Source: an uncultured Gemmatimonadales bacterium
Lineage (GTDB): Bacteria > Gemmatimonadota > Gemmatimonadetes > Gemmatimonadales > GWC2-71-9
Assembly (NCBI GenBank): GCA_963828735.1
Contig: CAWHFW010000005.1
Coordinates: 2,624,001 to 2,688,000 of the forward strand
Length of the DNA: 64,000 nucleotides
Reading direction: 5' to 3'
Positions 51,060 to 60,578 of the stretch are shown here, piece by piece. Made by a program: the position numbers and the translations under genes. Position 1 is the stretch's first letter. Every line of letters begins with the position of its first letter. The notes under the pieces were generated by a model. The model made no database searches. It was not told the DNA's origin and saw only the letters and a program-made list of their open reading frames with translations.

Positions 51060-52328
51060 TCAGGGTGACGCCGTCTTGACCCGCATCCCTTCCTTTGGCT
51101 CCTCCACGCCGCCCGTCACCACCCGCTCCCCGCCCGAGAGCCCCCGTCCGATCTCCCGAAACCCTCCGCTCACCGGCCCCGCCTCGACCTCGCGCGCCTG
51201 GAGCCGCCCGTCGCGCACCAGCCATACGACGCTCCGGCCCCCACTCTCGCGCACGGCCGCGGCCGGGAGCCGGAACCGCGCCGACCCCGCGCTCGACGGG
51301 GCGCCGGACGCACCCGGCGTCCGCGCGGAATCGGGCTCGAGGAAGTCCACCCGCGCCCCCATCTCGGGCAGAATCCGCGGGTCGCGGTCCACGATGGTCA
51401 CCTTGACCTGCACCGTGGCACGCTGCCGATCCGCGGTCGGCACCACCTGACGCACCTCGCCGCGAAACGACGTGTCCTGGTACGCGTCGAGCGTGATCCG
51501 CGCCGGTTGCCCGTGCCGCACGCGCGCGATGTACGCCTCGTTGACGTCCACCTCGACCTCGAGCGACGCGAGATCCGCCATCGTCACCACGGCGCCCCGC
51601 GTGAGCCCGCCGCCCACCGACGGCGCCACCACTTCGCCGACCTCGGCTTCCTTCCGGAGCACGGTGCCCGTGAAGGGCGCGCGGATGTAGGTGTTCTCGA
51701 GCGTGGCCTGGGCGAATTGGAGCGAAGCCTCGGCGGCCTGGACGCGGGCCTCAGCCGAGCTGGCCCGCGCCGCCGCCTGCTCGGCGCGGCTCACGGCGCT
51801 CTCGGAGTCCTGCGCGGAGAGGAGCTCGGGATGCTCGCCGTGAATCCGCGCCACCCGGCCGGCCTCGCGGGCCGACTGATCGCGGTCGGTGGCGGCCTCC
51901 GTGAGCTGTGCACGCGCGCTGGCGACGTTGGCCCTGGCCTCGGCGACGGCGGCCGCGTAGTCGGCGTTCTCGAGCTGGGCGATCACCTCGCCGCGTCGCA
52001 CGTTGGTGCCACCGTCCACGGTCAGCGTGGCGATGCGGCCGGGGATCTTGGCCGAGACCGCGGCGTGCGTGCGCGCGACGATGTAGCCGTTGGCGGTGAC
52101 GGATGTGGTGGCCGCACCGGCGCCGCCACTTCCACCGCTCGCGACCGGCGTGGCGACCACGGTCTCGACGGTGGCCACCGAGCGGCTCCGGGCGAACACG
52201 ACCGCGCCGGCGACCAGCGCGGCCGCGACTCCGACGAAGACCAGCGTACGGCCGAAGGCGCGGCGAACGGCGCGGGGAGGATCGCGATCGATCCGAAGCT
52301 TCGAGAGATCGTGGGTCGGTGAAGTCAC
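51060..52328 (-). CDS. Efflux periplasmic adaptor subunit (MacA/HlyD-like)
   Basis: N-terminal TM, lipoyl/hairpin motifs VSAKIPGRI and IRAPFTGTV, LPEMGARV. GTG start inferred. Confidence 0.88.
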   Translation of the reverse strand: MTSPTHDLSKLRIDRDPPRAVRRAFGRTLVFVGVAAALVAGAVVFARSRSVATVETVVATPVASGGSGGAGAATTSVTANGYIVARTHAAVSAKIPGRIATLTVDGGTNVRRGEVIAQLENADYAAAVAEARANVASARAQLTEAATDRDQSAREAGRVARIHGEHPELLSAQDSESAVSRAEQAAARASSAEARVQAAEASLQFAQATLENTYIRAPFTGTVLRKEAEVGEVVAPSVGGGLTRGAVVTMADLASLEVEVDVNEAYIARVRHGQPARITLDAYQDTSFRGEVRQVVPTADRQRATVQVKVTIVDRDPRILPEMGARVDFLEPDSARTPGASGAPSSAGSARFRLPAAAVRESGGRSVVWLVRDGRLQAREVEAGPVSGGFREIGRGLSGGERVVTGGVEEPKEGMRVKTASP

Positions 52329-52449
52329 GCAGCGAATATATCCCGAAGCCAAGAAGGTGTCGACCGGGAAATGCCCGGTCGTTACGGGCCGACCACCAGC
52401 TGAGCGTTCCTCGCCGATTCGCGGCGTGACTCCGATCCGGCCGGCCATC

Positions 52450-52484
52450 GTGAGAACGGTATTGCCCCCCGTGCGTATCCCCTC
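52450..52484 (+). promoter_or_regulatory. Putative ECF-sigma promoter of lipoprotein 52555
   Basis: GTGAGA-N16-TGCGTATCCCCTC, repeated with identical spacing at 55440. Confidence 0.55.
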
Positions 52485-52554
52485 CTGACGACCACCACAA
52501 TTCGGGGCGACCGATGCTCCGACCACCGCCCAGGGGCGACACGAGGAGAAAACC

Positions 52555-53052
52555 ATGCACCGATTCGAGATCAAGCGCTCGTTGCGCATTCTGGCGGCTT
52601 GTTCGGCGCTGCTCCTCGCGGCCGCGTGCGGCGGCGGTGACAAGAGTCCGACTGGTCCCGGCGGCAACGATGGTGGAGGCAATGGCGGTGGCAATAACGG
52701 TGGCGGCGGCGGGAACGGCTTCGCAGGCGACTACCAGTTGCTCAGCGTCGGCAAGATTGCGCTGCCCGCCAACCTCACCTTCGACCAGTGCGATCCCGCG
52801 CGCGTCTTCGGCGGCGCGCTCAGGATGAACGCCGACGGCACCTGGGAGTTCGCGATCAGTCTGGCCGACGCGTATGGCACGAACGACGAGCTCGACGACG
52901 AGGGCACCTGGCAGTGGGATGGTACGAGGTTGCAGTTCCAGTCGGAGGCCTACGGCGACAGCTTCTCCGCGAAGATCGATGGGGCGATCATGATGGACTA
53001 CGACTACTGCCCCGATGGGCAGAGCGACATCCAGCTCGTGTTCGGGCAGTAG
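52555..53052 (+). CDS. Small lipoprotein with Gly-rich linker and beta-rich (lipocalin-like) domain
   Basis: Lipobox AAAC; GDYQLLSV..LPA..C..GGALRM..DGTW..DYDYC; paralog of 55544. Confidence 0.75.
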   Translation: MHRFEIKRSLRILAACSALLLAAACGGGDKSPTGPGGNDGGGNGGGNNGGGGGNGFAGDYQLLSVGKIALPANLTFDQCDPARVFGGALRMNADGTWEFAISLADAYGTNDELDDEGTWQWDGTRLQFQSEAYGDSFSAKIDGAIMMDYDYCPDGQSDIQLVFGQ

Positions 53053-53109
53053 GAGGGGGAACGACGATGCGATGCGCGGGACCCGGCCGGGTGGCCGGGC
53101 TCCGCGCAC

Positions 53110-53883
53110 TCACCATCGCACCGACAGACAGGTCAGCCCGCCGTCCATCTTCCGGTACTCCGACATCTCCAGCGGCACGACCTCGTGGCCCAGCTCGCCG
53201 AGCAGCGCCGCGGTTGCCGGGAAGCCCCGCGCCACCAGCACCGCATCGTGGATCCGGATGCAGTTGGCCGCGTACTCCTCGCCCTCGGGGACGCGCACCA
53301 CCTCCCATCCGCGGAACGCCTCGTGCCCGGCGATCGCACCGACGGCCAGCAGTCGTCGCCCGCCGAGCCAGGAGATCCCCGTCTTGTGGTGCAGCATGCC
53401 GGGGATGCGCCGGATGTCCACCACGCTCGACTGGAAGCCGCGCCGCGCCAGCCACTCCGAGAGCTGGCGCGCTCCCTCGGCGTTGGTGCGCCACGAGTGG
53501 CCGATGAAGAAGTGATCGCCGGCCTCGCACACGTCGCCGCCGTCCACCGTGCCGGGTTCGGCAATCGCGTCCATCTCGGGGAAAAACTCCCTGAGCGCCG
53601 CGCCGAGCGATGCCACCTCTCCCGCGCGGGTCGCCGCGCCGGGACGGGTGAGGATCGCGCCGCGGCTCGTGACGATGGCCGCGTCCTCGACGAACGTGCT
53701 GTCGGGAAAGTCGGGATCCGGAGCGAGGCGCACGAGGGAGAGACCCAGCCGTGCCAGGGTCCGGCAGTAGGCCTCGTGCTGCTCCAGCGCGAGCGCGAGG
53801 TCGGGCGGGCCAAGGCCGGACGAGGTGATCCCGTCGGCGAAGGTGGCCGCGGGGGGCCGGACGATCGCGTGGGTGAATCGCAC
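53110..53883 (-). CDS. ddaH: Dimethylarginine dimethylaminohydrolase (amidinotransferase superfamily)
   Basis: FPDSTFVED, TRPGAATRAGE, DGGD, LHHKTG, EEYAANC, KMDGGLTCLS. Confidence 0.88.
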   Translation of the reverse strand: MRFTHAIVRPPAATFADGITSSGLGPPDLALALEQHEAYCRTLARLGLSLVRLAPDPDFPDSTFVEDAAIVTSRGAILTRPGAATRAGEVASLGAALREFFPEMDAIAEPGTVDGGDVCEAGDHFFIGHSWRTNAEGARQLSEWLARRGFQSSVVDIRRIPGMLHHKTGISWLGGRRLLAVGAIAGHEAFRGWEVVRVPEGEEYAANCIRIHDAVLVARGFPATAALLGELGHEVVPLEMSEYRKMDGGLTCLSVRW

Positions 53884-53885
53884 CG

Positions 53886-55265
53886 CTAGCTCGCGCTCGA
53901 GCGATCCCGCTTCGCGACCACCGCCCGGTACACCGGATAGCTGAGGGCGAGCAGCAGCAGCGACTTCCAGCTGTTGCCCCAGTCGCTCACCACGGATCCG
54001 ATGAGGAAGGCGAGCGAGCCCACCAGCGCCAGCCCGGTCGTGAACGGATACCCCGGCACCCGCCATGGTCTCGGCGTGTCGGGCTCCTTCCGCCGGAGCG
54101 CGAACACGCTCACGAACGACAGCGTGTAGTTCGCCACGAAGAAGAACGCGCACAACGCCAGCACCGTGTTGAACGTCCCGGAGATGATGAACCCGGCCGC
54201 AACCCCGATGCCCGTCCAGTGCGCCACCGTCGGCGTGCCGCCCGCGTTCACCGTCTCGAACCTGGCCGGCAACAGCCGGTCGCGGCTCATCGCCAGCATG
54301 ACCCTCGGCGCCATCAGCGCGCACGCGTTCATGCCGCTCAGAATCGAGATCAGCACCAGCAGGCGGATCACCAGGTCGCCCCGCGACCCGAACAGCGCCT
54401 TCCCGGCGGTCGCGGCCACGAACGGATCGCCGGCCATCCGCCCGATCCCGAGCACGCGGACGAAGGCGACGTTCACCAGCACGTAGATCAGGATGACCAG
54501 GAGGACGCCGAGCACCATCGAACGGGGGAGGCCGCGGCCGGGGTTCTGCGTTTCCTCGCCGAAGTAGAGCGGGCCCGTCCAGCCGTCATAGGTGTAGATC
54601 ACGGCCTGGAGCGCCAGCACGATCGCGGTCACCAGCGCGAGGCCGGACGCGTGCGCCGCGGGCGCGACGGCTGCGGCGGCGGGCACGGGCGCGAGCAGGC
54701 AAACGCCGATCAAGCCGCCAAACGCGAGTCCCTTGATCGCGCTCAGGACCTGCTGCGTGAGATCGCCGATCCGGATGCCGCGCCAGTGCAGCAGCCCGAA
54801 CATGAGCACCAGCGCCACGCCCGCCGGCACTCGCCGTCCGGCCAAGGCCGGCACCAGCGGCTCGAGATACTCGGTGAACACCATGGCGCCGAGCGCGATC
54901 GGCGCGCAGGTCGAGAGCCAGTCGCTCCAGCCGACCACGAATCCGGCGTACTCGCCGAGCCCGCGGCGCACGAACGGGTACTGCCCGCCGGATCGGACGA
55001 CCATCGCACCGGGCTCGGCCAGGGAGATGGCCCCGAGCAGGGCGTAGAGCCCGCCGATGACCCAGACCCCAATGAACAGCGCCGGGCTGGGCAGCTTCGC
55101 GGCCACGTCGCCGGGCGTGCGAAGGATCCCGACGATGATGGTATTCCCGATGAGCACGGCGACGCCGAACGAGACGCCGAGAATCTGGAGGAGCTTGCCT
55201 CGGTTGGCCGCCCGGACGAGTCCGGCTGGAGCGACGGTGTGATCCACGGTCTCAGGTGCCGCCAC
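53886..55265 (-). CDS. APC-family amino acid permease
   Basis: IGNTIIVGILRTPG, YTYDGW, about 12 TM segments; stop lies 2 nt before the ddaH start. Confidence 0.88.
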   Translation of the reverse strand: MAAPETVDHTVAPAGLVRAANRGKLLQILGVSFGVAVLIGNTIIVGILRTPGDVAAKLPSPALFIGVWVIGGLYALLGAISLAEPGAMVVRSGGQYPFVRRGLGEYAGFVVGWSDWLSTCAPIALGAMVFTEYLEPLVPALAGRRVPAGVALVLMFGLLHWRGIRIGDLTQQVLSAIKGLAFGGLIGVCLLAPVPAAAAVAPAAHASGLALVTAIVLALQAVIYTYDGWTGPLYFGEETQNPGRGLPRSMVLGVLLVILIYVLVNVAFVRVLGIGRMAGDPFVAATAGKALFGSRGDLVIRLLVLISILSGMNACALMAPRVMLAMSRDRLLPARFETVNAGGTPTVAHWTGIGVAAGFIISGTFNTVLALCAFFFVANYTLSFVSVFALRRKEPDTPRPWRVPGYPFTTGLALVGSLAFLIGSVVSDWGNSWKSLLLLALSYPVYRAVVAKRDRSSAS

Positions 55266-55439
55266 GGGCTACCCTCCGCCGGCAGGGCCGGCGTGCTGGG
55301 GTGGTGGTGAGCTCACGACGCTACGCGCAACGGCGATGACGGGCGACGGCGGTGGATTGCTTGCCAATGGAGACGGAAACGGCTGGATGGACGGTTGAAG
55401 ATACCTTCGGGTCGGGATTCCCGCCCCCGGTGAGCCCGT

Positions 55440-55474
55440 GTGAGACGGCCGCGGCCCCGCCTGCGTATCCCCTC
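55440..55474 (+). promoter_or_regulatory. Putative ECF-sigma promoter of lipoprotein 55544
   Basis: GTGAGA-N16-TGCGTATCCCCTC, same as 52450. Confidence 0.55.
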
Positions 55475-55543
55475 GTACAAGCGACACCGGGCCACCGACA
55501 CGAGCGAGCGGCGGCCGGCGACCCGACACACGAGGAGACAGCT

Positions 55544-56014
55544 ATGCGGTGCCTAGGCATGATCCGGAATTGGCGGCCCATGGCCGCATGGTGGACGCTG
55601 GTATGTCTGGCCGCCGCGGCGTGCGGCGGCGGGAAAGACGGCGGCAGCACCGGCCCTGGCGGCGGCGTGGGCGATGTCGCGGGCGACTACCTGCTCGCGG
55701 GCGCCAACGACGAAGCGCTACCGGCCACGGTATCGACCAACGAGTGCTCCCCGGTCCAGATCCTGAACGGCGGCATGAGGCTGAGCCAGGACGGCACCTT
55801 CGAGATGCAGTTCAACTGGACGAGCACACTGGGCGAGGCCAAGTTCACCGCCGACCACGGGCACTATCGCACCGATGGCGACCAGTTCGAGTTCTCGTCC
55901 GACGCCTGGGGCGACAAGTTCGAGGGCGAGATGGACGAAGGCCTGCTGTGGATCGACTACGAGTTCTGCACGGACACGCCGGGCCAGGAGCTGGAGCTCG
56001 CGTTCTCGCAGTGA
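55544..56014 (+). CDS. Small lipoprotein, paralog of 52555
   Basis: GAGGAG RBS; lipobox AAAC; GDYLLAG..LPA..C..GGMRL..DGTF..DYEFC. Confidence 0.75.
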   Translation: MRCLGMIRNWRPMAAWWTLVCLAAAACGGGKDGGSTGPGGGVGDVAGDYLLAGANDEALPATVSTNECSPVQILNGGMRLSQDGTFEMQFNWTSTLGEAKFTADHGHYRTDGDQFEFSSDAWGDKFEGEMDEGLLWIDYEFCTDTPGQELELAFSQ

Positions 56015-56040
56015 GGTGGCGGAGCGATCGGAGCGAAGCG

Positions 56041-56074
56041 GAGTGCCGAGCCAGCAGACGCGGGCTCGGCATTC
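56041..56074. terminator. Hairpin between convergent genes (possible bidirectional terminator)
   Basis: GAGTGCCGAGCC..GGCTCGGCATTC 12-bp stem. Confidence 0.5.
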
Positions 56075-56076
56075 GC

Positions 56077-56616
56077 CTATCTGGCGGCGAAGGGCGCGGT
56101 GGAGTCGGCCGCGAGCGTCGAGGCGTACACGTAGCCGAGCACCCGCCCGTCGAGCGCAACGCGCCACCAGCCGCCCTTGAGCGAGTCGGCCAGCACGGTG
56201 TCACCCGGGAGCAGGACGGCCACGAGGTCGGCCTTGACGCTCCGGCGGGCGTGCACCTTGGTCCACGTGCGGGCGAAGCGCGGCGTGGCCTCGGCGCTGG
56301 GCATCGAGTCCGGCACCGCGGGAGACGCAGCCGCGCGGGCGGTGTCGAGCGCGGCAGGGGCTTCGGCCGGGACCACGGCGGTCGCCGTGACCTCGGGGCC
56401 GGGGGATCCCCCGCCGCGGATGAGCCACGTGGCCAGCCCGCCTGCGGCCAGCAGGATGGCGGCGATGCCTAGCAACGGGAACAGCCGCCCGGGATCGCGA
56501 GACGTCGGCCGCCGCACGGGCTGACCGAGGATCTCCTGGCCGCACGCGGGGCAGCGCGTCGCGATGCTTAACGCGCGTTTACCGCAGGCGGGGCATTCCC
56601 GGTAGCTCGTTCCCAT
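56077..56616 (-). CDS. Zinc-ribbon / TM / SH3b-like protein
   Basis: CPACG-x9-CPACG, one TM, C-terminal VLLPGDTV..GGWWRV..LGYVY. Confidence 0.72.
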   Translation of the reverse strand: MGTSYRECPACGKRALSIATRCPACGQEILGQPVRRPTSRDPGRLFPLLGIAAILLAAGGLATWLIRGGGSPGPEVTATAVVPAEAPAALDTARAAASPAVPDSMPSAEATPRFARTWTKVHARRSVKADLVAVLLPGDTVLADSLKGGWWRVALDGRVLGYVYASTLAADSTAPFAAR

Positions 56617-56710
56617 CCTCGAAGAATTATCGCGGGTGCACGGAGCGGCCAGTCATCCGGCCGGAAGCGGACACTCCGCTTGCAAACTCCAGGCCTCGCA
56701 CCGGCCCACG

Positions 56711-57553
56711 TCAGATGGCGCCTTGGCCGGCTTCGCGGGCCGCCGCCACCACTCGGTCCGACAACCGTTTATCTCCCACGCGCGCCTCCCAGGCCGCGAA
56801 ACCCTCCGCGGGTCCCCGCCACCTGAGATCATCGACGTTGTGAAACAACGGCGCGTCGGTTTTGAGCGTGGCGAGGCGCTTGAACAACAAGGCCTGCTCG
56901 CGGTCCGCTCCCAGGACGTTGTCGGGAAACGCCTCGATCGGCCCGTGCCGGTTGAGCAGCCGCGCGGCCGTGGCCTTGCCGATACCGGCGATCCCGGGGT
57001 AGCCGTCCTGCGCGTCCCCCACCAGCGCCAGCAGGTCGGGAATCAGCGCCGGCTCGACCCCGAACTTCGCTCGCACCCCGGCCGCGTCGCGGACCTCCTT
57101 GGCCCGCCGGTCCATCTGGACCACCCGGTTCCCGATGACGCACTGGGCGAGATCCTTGTCGTTCGCCCAGATGCACACCTGCTCGACGGGCTCGTGCTCG
57201 TTCGCGATCCGCGCGGCCGACGCGAGCGCGTCGTCCGCCTCCAGCTCAACCATGGGCCAGACGACGACGCCCATGGCCGCGAGCGCCTCCTCGAGCGGCT
57301 CGAACTGCGCGCGAAGCGCGGGCTCGATGCCGTCGCCGGTCTTGTAGTCGGGCCAGAGCTCGTTGCGGAAGGACTCGATCACGTGGTCGGTGGCGACGCC
57401 GAGGTGAGTGGCGCCGCCCTCGATCATCTCGAGCGCGGTGTGCAGCACGCCGGCGACGGCGCCGAGCGGCTTGTCGTCGCCCTTGTTGAAGCGGCGCTGG
57501 CCGTAGAAGTGGCGGAAGAGCTCGTAGGTGCCGTCGACGACGTGGACGATCAT
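56711..57553 (-). CDS. Stand-alone 5'-3' exonuclease / flap endonuclease
   Basis: VVDGTYELFR, FRNELWPDYKT, EADD, DKDLAQ, LVGDAQDGYPGIAGIG; no polymerase domain. Confidence 0.9.
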   Translation of the reverse strand: MIVHVVDGTYELFRHFYGQRRFNKGDDKPLGAVAGVLHTALEMIEGGATHLGVATDHVIESFRNELWPDYKTGDGIEPALRAQFEPLEEALAAMGVVVWPMVELEADDALASAARIANEHEPVEQVCIWANDKDLAQCVIGNRVVQMDRRAKEVRDAAGVRAKFGVEPALIPDLLALVGDAQDGYPGIAGIGKATAARLLNRHGPIEAFPDNVLGADREQALLFKRLATLKTDAPLFHNVDDLRWRGPAEGFAAWEARVGDKRLSDRVVAAAREAGQGAI

Positions 57554-57578
57554 GCGGGAGGATGCCGTGTGAATCGAG

Positions 57579-58073
57579 TTATCGCGGCGCGGCTCCCTGG
57601 GCCGCCGCCAGGATCAATACCGCTCCGCCGACCGCCACCGCATCCTCGGCCAGTGCCACGACAGTATCCGGGACCCCGAGCGCCGGAACGAGCCGCGTGC
57701 GCGCCGTGTAGCCGCCGAGCGTGCCGGCCACCGCGCCGAGCGCGCCGAGGACGGCGCCAGGGGCGAGCGAGCCGCCTGTCCCAACCGTGAGCGCGGCCCC
57801 CGAGAGCGCACCCGTGAGGATCCGGGCGCCGAACGGTCCCGGCTTGGTGCGGCTCGGCGTTCTCGGCAGCTTGTCGGCCACCAGCTCGCCGAGCGCGAGC
57901 GCGGTGAGGAGCCAGGCCGCCACGTTCGAGCCGAGGAAGGCGAGGGCCGTGCTCTCGAGTCGGAGCCGGCCGAGACGGGCGCCCCACGCGACGAGAGCGG
58001 GCGCCGTCATCGAGCGCAGGCCCGCGACGACGCCGATCAGGAACGCGAGGATCGCGATGGTCGTGGTCGGCAT
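57579..58073 (-). CDS. DUF4126-like membrane protein
   Basis: GVVAGLRSMTAPA, GELVADKLP.TPSR, VALAEDAVA. Confidence 0.72.
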   Translation of the reverse strand: MPTTTIAILAFLIGVVAGLRSMTAPALVAWGARLGRLRLESTALAFLGSNVAAWLLTALALGELVADKLPRTPSRTKPGPFGARILTGALSGAALTVGTGGSLAPGAVLGALGAVAGTLGGYTARTRLVPALGVPDTVVALAEDAVAVGGAVLILAAAQGAAPR

Positions 58074-58124
58074 GGATGGAAATCTGCCCTGCCCCAGGCA
58101 CAGGGGCCAGCGTCCTCGTTCGAT

Positions 58125-60356
58125 TTACGTCGGCGGGGCTTCGTGATCTGCCAGGTTCATCTTGCGGAGCAACGCCTGGAACCTGGCGTGTGAGCGCAGG
58201 GGCGTGAACAGGAAGGAGCCTTTGACCCCGAATATTCCGCCGGCGCGCTCCTCATAGGCGCGCTCCAGCCAATCCATCGCCCGATCGTGCTCCCCGAGAC
58301 CCGTGTGGACGTACGCAAAGTGGTACGGTGAGACGTATCGCTGGGCCGACAACTCTTCGAGTTGTCGGAGCACCCCTCGGGCTTCCTCGGTTCGGCCGAT
58401 CAGCGCGAAGGCCTCCCCGAGCTGTGCCAGGTACAGGGTGCTCTCGGGAGCAAGCGATAACGCCTTTTGCAGCGCGGCGATTCCCTGGTCCGGCATGCCG
58501 GCGAACAGAGAGGCCCATCCCAGGGTGCCATGCGCCATGGCGAAGTGGGGATCGATTTCGACAACTCTCGTGATGTGCCGCAAGGCCTCATCGTACCGGC
58601 CGGCCCGGAGGAGCGTGGTCGCGACATCCTGGCGGTGGGCCAGTGGGTCCAACTCGTTGGCACGCTGCTGCATCTCGATGGCCTCGTCGTAGCGCTCGAG
58701 CGCGGACAACATCAGCCCGTAACTGTCGTACGTGTCGCCACTGTTCGGGTTCAGCTCGATGGCGCGCTTGAACTCCTCCTCGGCCCCCGCCCAGTCGTAA
58801 TCGCAGACGAACCTGAGAAACGCCAGCATGGCATGCGCCTCGGCGAGCCCTGGGTCGATCTCCAGCGCCCGCTTCGCGGCGGCCTTGGCTCGCCGAAAGG
58901 CCTCATCCGGCGAAAGGGCGCCGGCCACGCCGAGCCCCATCTCGGTGTAGGCGTGGGTAATGGTGGCGTACGCCAGCGCATAGTTCGGATCGCGCGCGAT
59001 CGCCTGCTCGAGGTGCTTGAGCCCTTGCTCGATGCCTTCATTGGTCCACCGGCTCAGACAATGCTTCCCGAGCAGGAACAGTTGGTAGGCCTGGACGTCG
59101 TCCGTGGGCTCCTTGCGGATCTGGGTCCGCTCCTCCGGCGAGAGCTCCGCCTCGAGCGCGGCTGCGATCTTCAGCGCGACGTCGGTCTGGATGGCGAAGA
59201 TGTCGGTCAGCTCGCGGTCATAGGTGTCCGCCCAGAGATGCCGGTCCGTCTCCGCGTCGATGAGCTGCCCGACGATGCGTACCCGGCCGCCGGCGCGGCG
59301 GACGCTGCCCTCGAGCAAGGTCGTGACGTCGAGCGCCACCCCGATCTCGCGCAGGCTCTGTTCCCGCTTCTTGAACCGCATCACCGAGCTGCGCGAGATC
59401 ACCTTGATCGAGCGGATCTTCGAGAGCTGGGCGATCACGTCCTCGGTGATCCCATCGGCGAAGAACTCGTTTTCGGGATCGGCGCTCAAATTGTCGAACG
59501 GAAGCACCGCGATCGAGGGGAGGCGGGGCGCGCGTGCCGGCGCGGGTCCGGGGGCGAGCGCATCCGCGAACGCCGCGATACTCGGGAACCGGTCAGCCGG
59601 GTCGGGAGCGAGCGCGCGCGTGATCGCCTCGTCCACCGCGGCCGGCACGGCGGGGCGAGCGCGGCGCACCCGGGGTGCGGGCTCGCTGAACCGCCGGGCG
59701 ATCACGGCCCTCGCCGTCGCGGCCGCGTGCGGCGGCTCGCCGGTCAGCAGCTCGTAGAGCACGCAGCCGAGGCTGTACACGTCGCTCCGGCCGTCGAGCG
59801 TGCGCTCGCCGGAGGCCTGCTCGGGGCTCATGTACTCGGGGGTCCCGACCATGAGCCCGGCCTGGGTGAGCCGGTCGCCCGGCGCCGTCCCCGCGGCGAG
59901 CGCGATGCCGAAGTCGGTGACCATCGCTTCGCCCTCGTGGAGCAGGATGTTTTCCGGCTTGATGTCGCGGTGGATCAGCCCGTGCGCGTGCGCGTGGTCC
60001 AGCGCCGCAGCGACCTGCCGGACGAGGGCCACCGCCTCGTCCGTCGCGAGCTGGCCCTCGGTAGCGAGTCGCTGCCGGAGCGATCCGCCCCGCACGTAGG
60101 GCATGACGTAGAAGAGCCGGCCGCCGGCCTCACCCGAGTCGTAGAGCGGCAGGATGTGCGGGTGGTTGAGCGCGGCGGCAATCCGGATCTCGCGGGTAAA
60201 CCGGTCGGGACCGAGCAGGGCGCCCAGCTCGGGGCGAAGCACCTTCACCGCCACCTGCCGGCCGTGCCGCAGGTCGTCGGCCAGGTAGACCGTGGCCATC
60301 CCGCCGTGACCGAGCTCCCGGAGGACGGTGTAGCGGTCGGCGAGCGCGTCGATCAC
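58125..60356 (-). CDS. Ser/Thr protein kinase with TolB-like domain and TPRs (close paralog of 6753)
   Basis: Intact kinase motifs; [26 protein letters not shown]; TPRs. Confidence 0.92.
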   Translation of the reverse strand: MIDALADRYTVLRELGHGGMATVYLADDLRHGRQVAVKVLRPELGALLGPDRFTREIRIAAALNHPHILPLYDSGEAGGRLFYVMPYVRGGSLRQRLATEGQLATDEAVALVRQVAAALDHAHAHGLIHRDIKPENILLHEGEAMVTDFGIALAAGTAPGDRLTQAGLMVGTPEYMSPEQASGERTLDGRSDVYSLGCVLYELLTGEPPHAAATARAVIARRFSEPAPRVRRARPAVPAAVDEAITRALAPDPADRFPSIAAFADALAPGPAPARAPRLPSIAVLPFDNLSADPENEFFADGITEDVIAQLSKIRSIKVISRSSVMRFKKREQSLREIGVALDVTTLLEGSVRRAGGRVRIVGQLIDAETDRHLWADTYDRELTDIFAIQTDVALKIAAALEAELSPEERTQIRKEPTDDVQAYQLFLLGKHCLSRWTNEGIEQGLKHLEQAIARDPNYALAYATITHAYTEMGLGVAGALSPDEAFRRAKAAAKRALEIDPGLAEAHAMLAFLRFVCDYDWAGAEEEFKRAIELNPNSGDTYDSYGLMLSALERYDEAIEMQQRANELDPLAHRQDVATTLLRAGRYDEALRHITRVVEIDPHFAMAHGTLGWASLFAGMPDQGIAALQKALSLAPESTLYLAQLGEAFALIGRTEEARGVLRQLEELSAQRYVSPYHFAYVHTGLGEHDRAMDWLERAYEERAGGIFGVKGSFLFTPLRSHARFQALLRKMNLADHEAPPT

Positions 60357-60578
60357 ACGAGCCTGCGCGCCCCGTGCGCCTCGAGTTGTTCCTCGAGACG
60401 GCTGTGGGCGGACAACGGGTGAGAGATTGTCGGCGACGACGGGACACTCACGGCGCCTCCTGGGGGAGCGAACCGAGCGAGAGCAGCGGGAGCGCTAAAG
60501 ATGCAGCGCGACTGGAGGAGGGTCGAGGGCGCGCGCCGCCGCGGGGCTCCAGGGTCATGCGGTCGCTGCCTGCCTTGC

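Noticed and set aside
60353..60558. Two short minus-strand ORFs between doxX and the kinase
   Set aside because: Under 40 aa each with no recognisable motif; cannot be supported.
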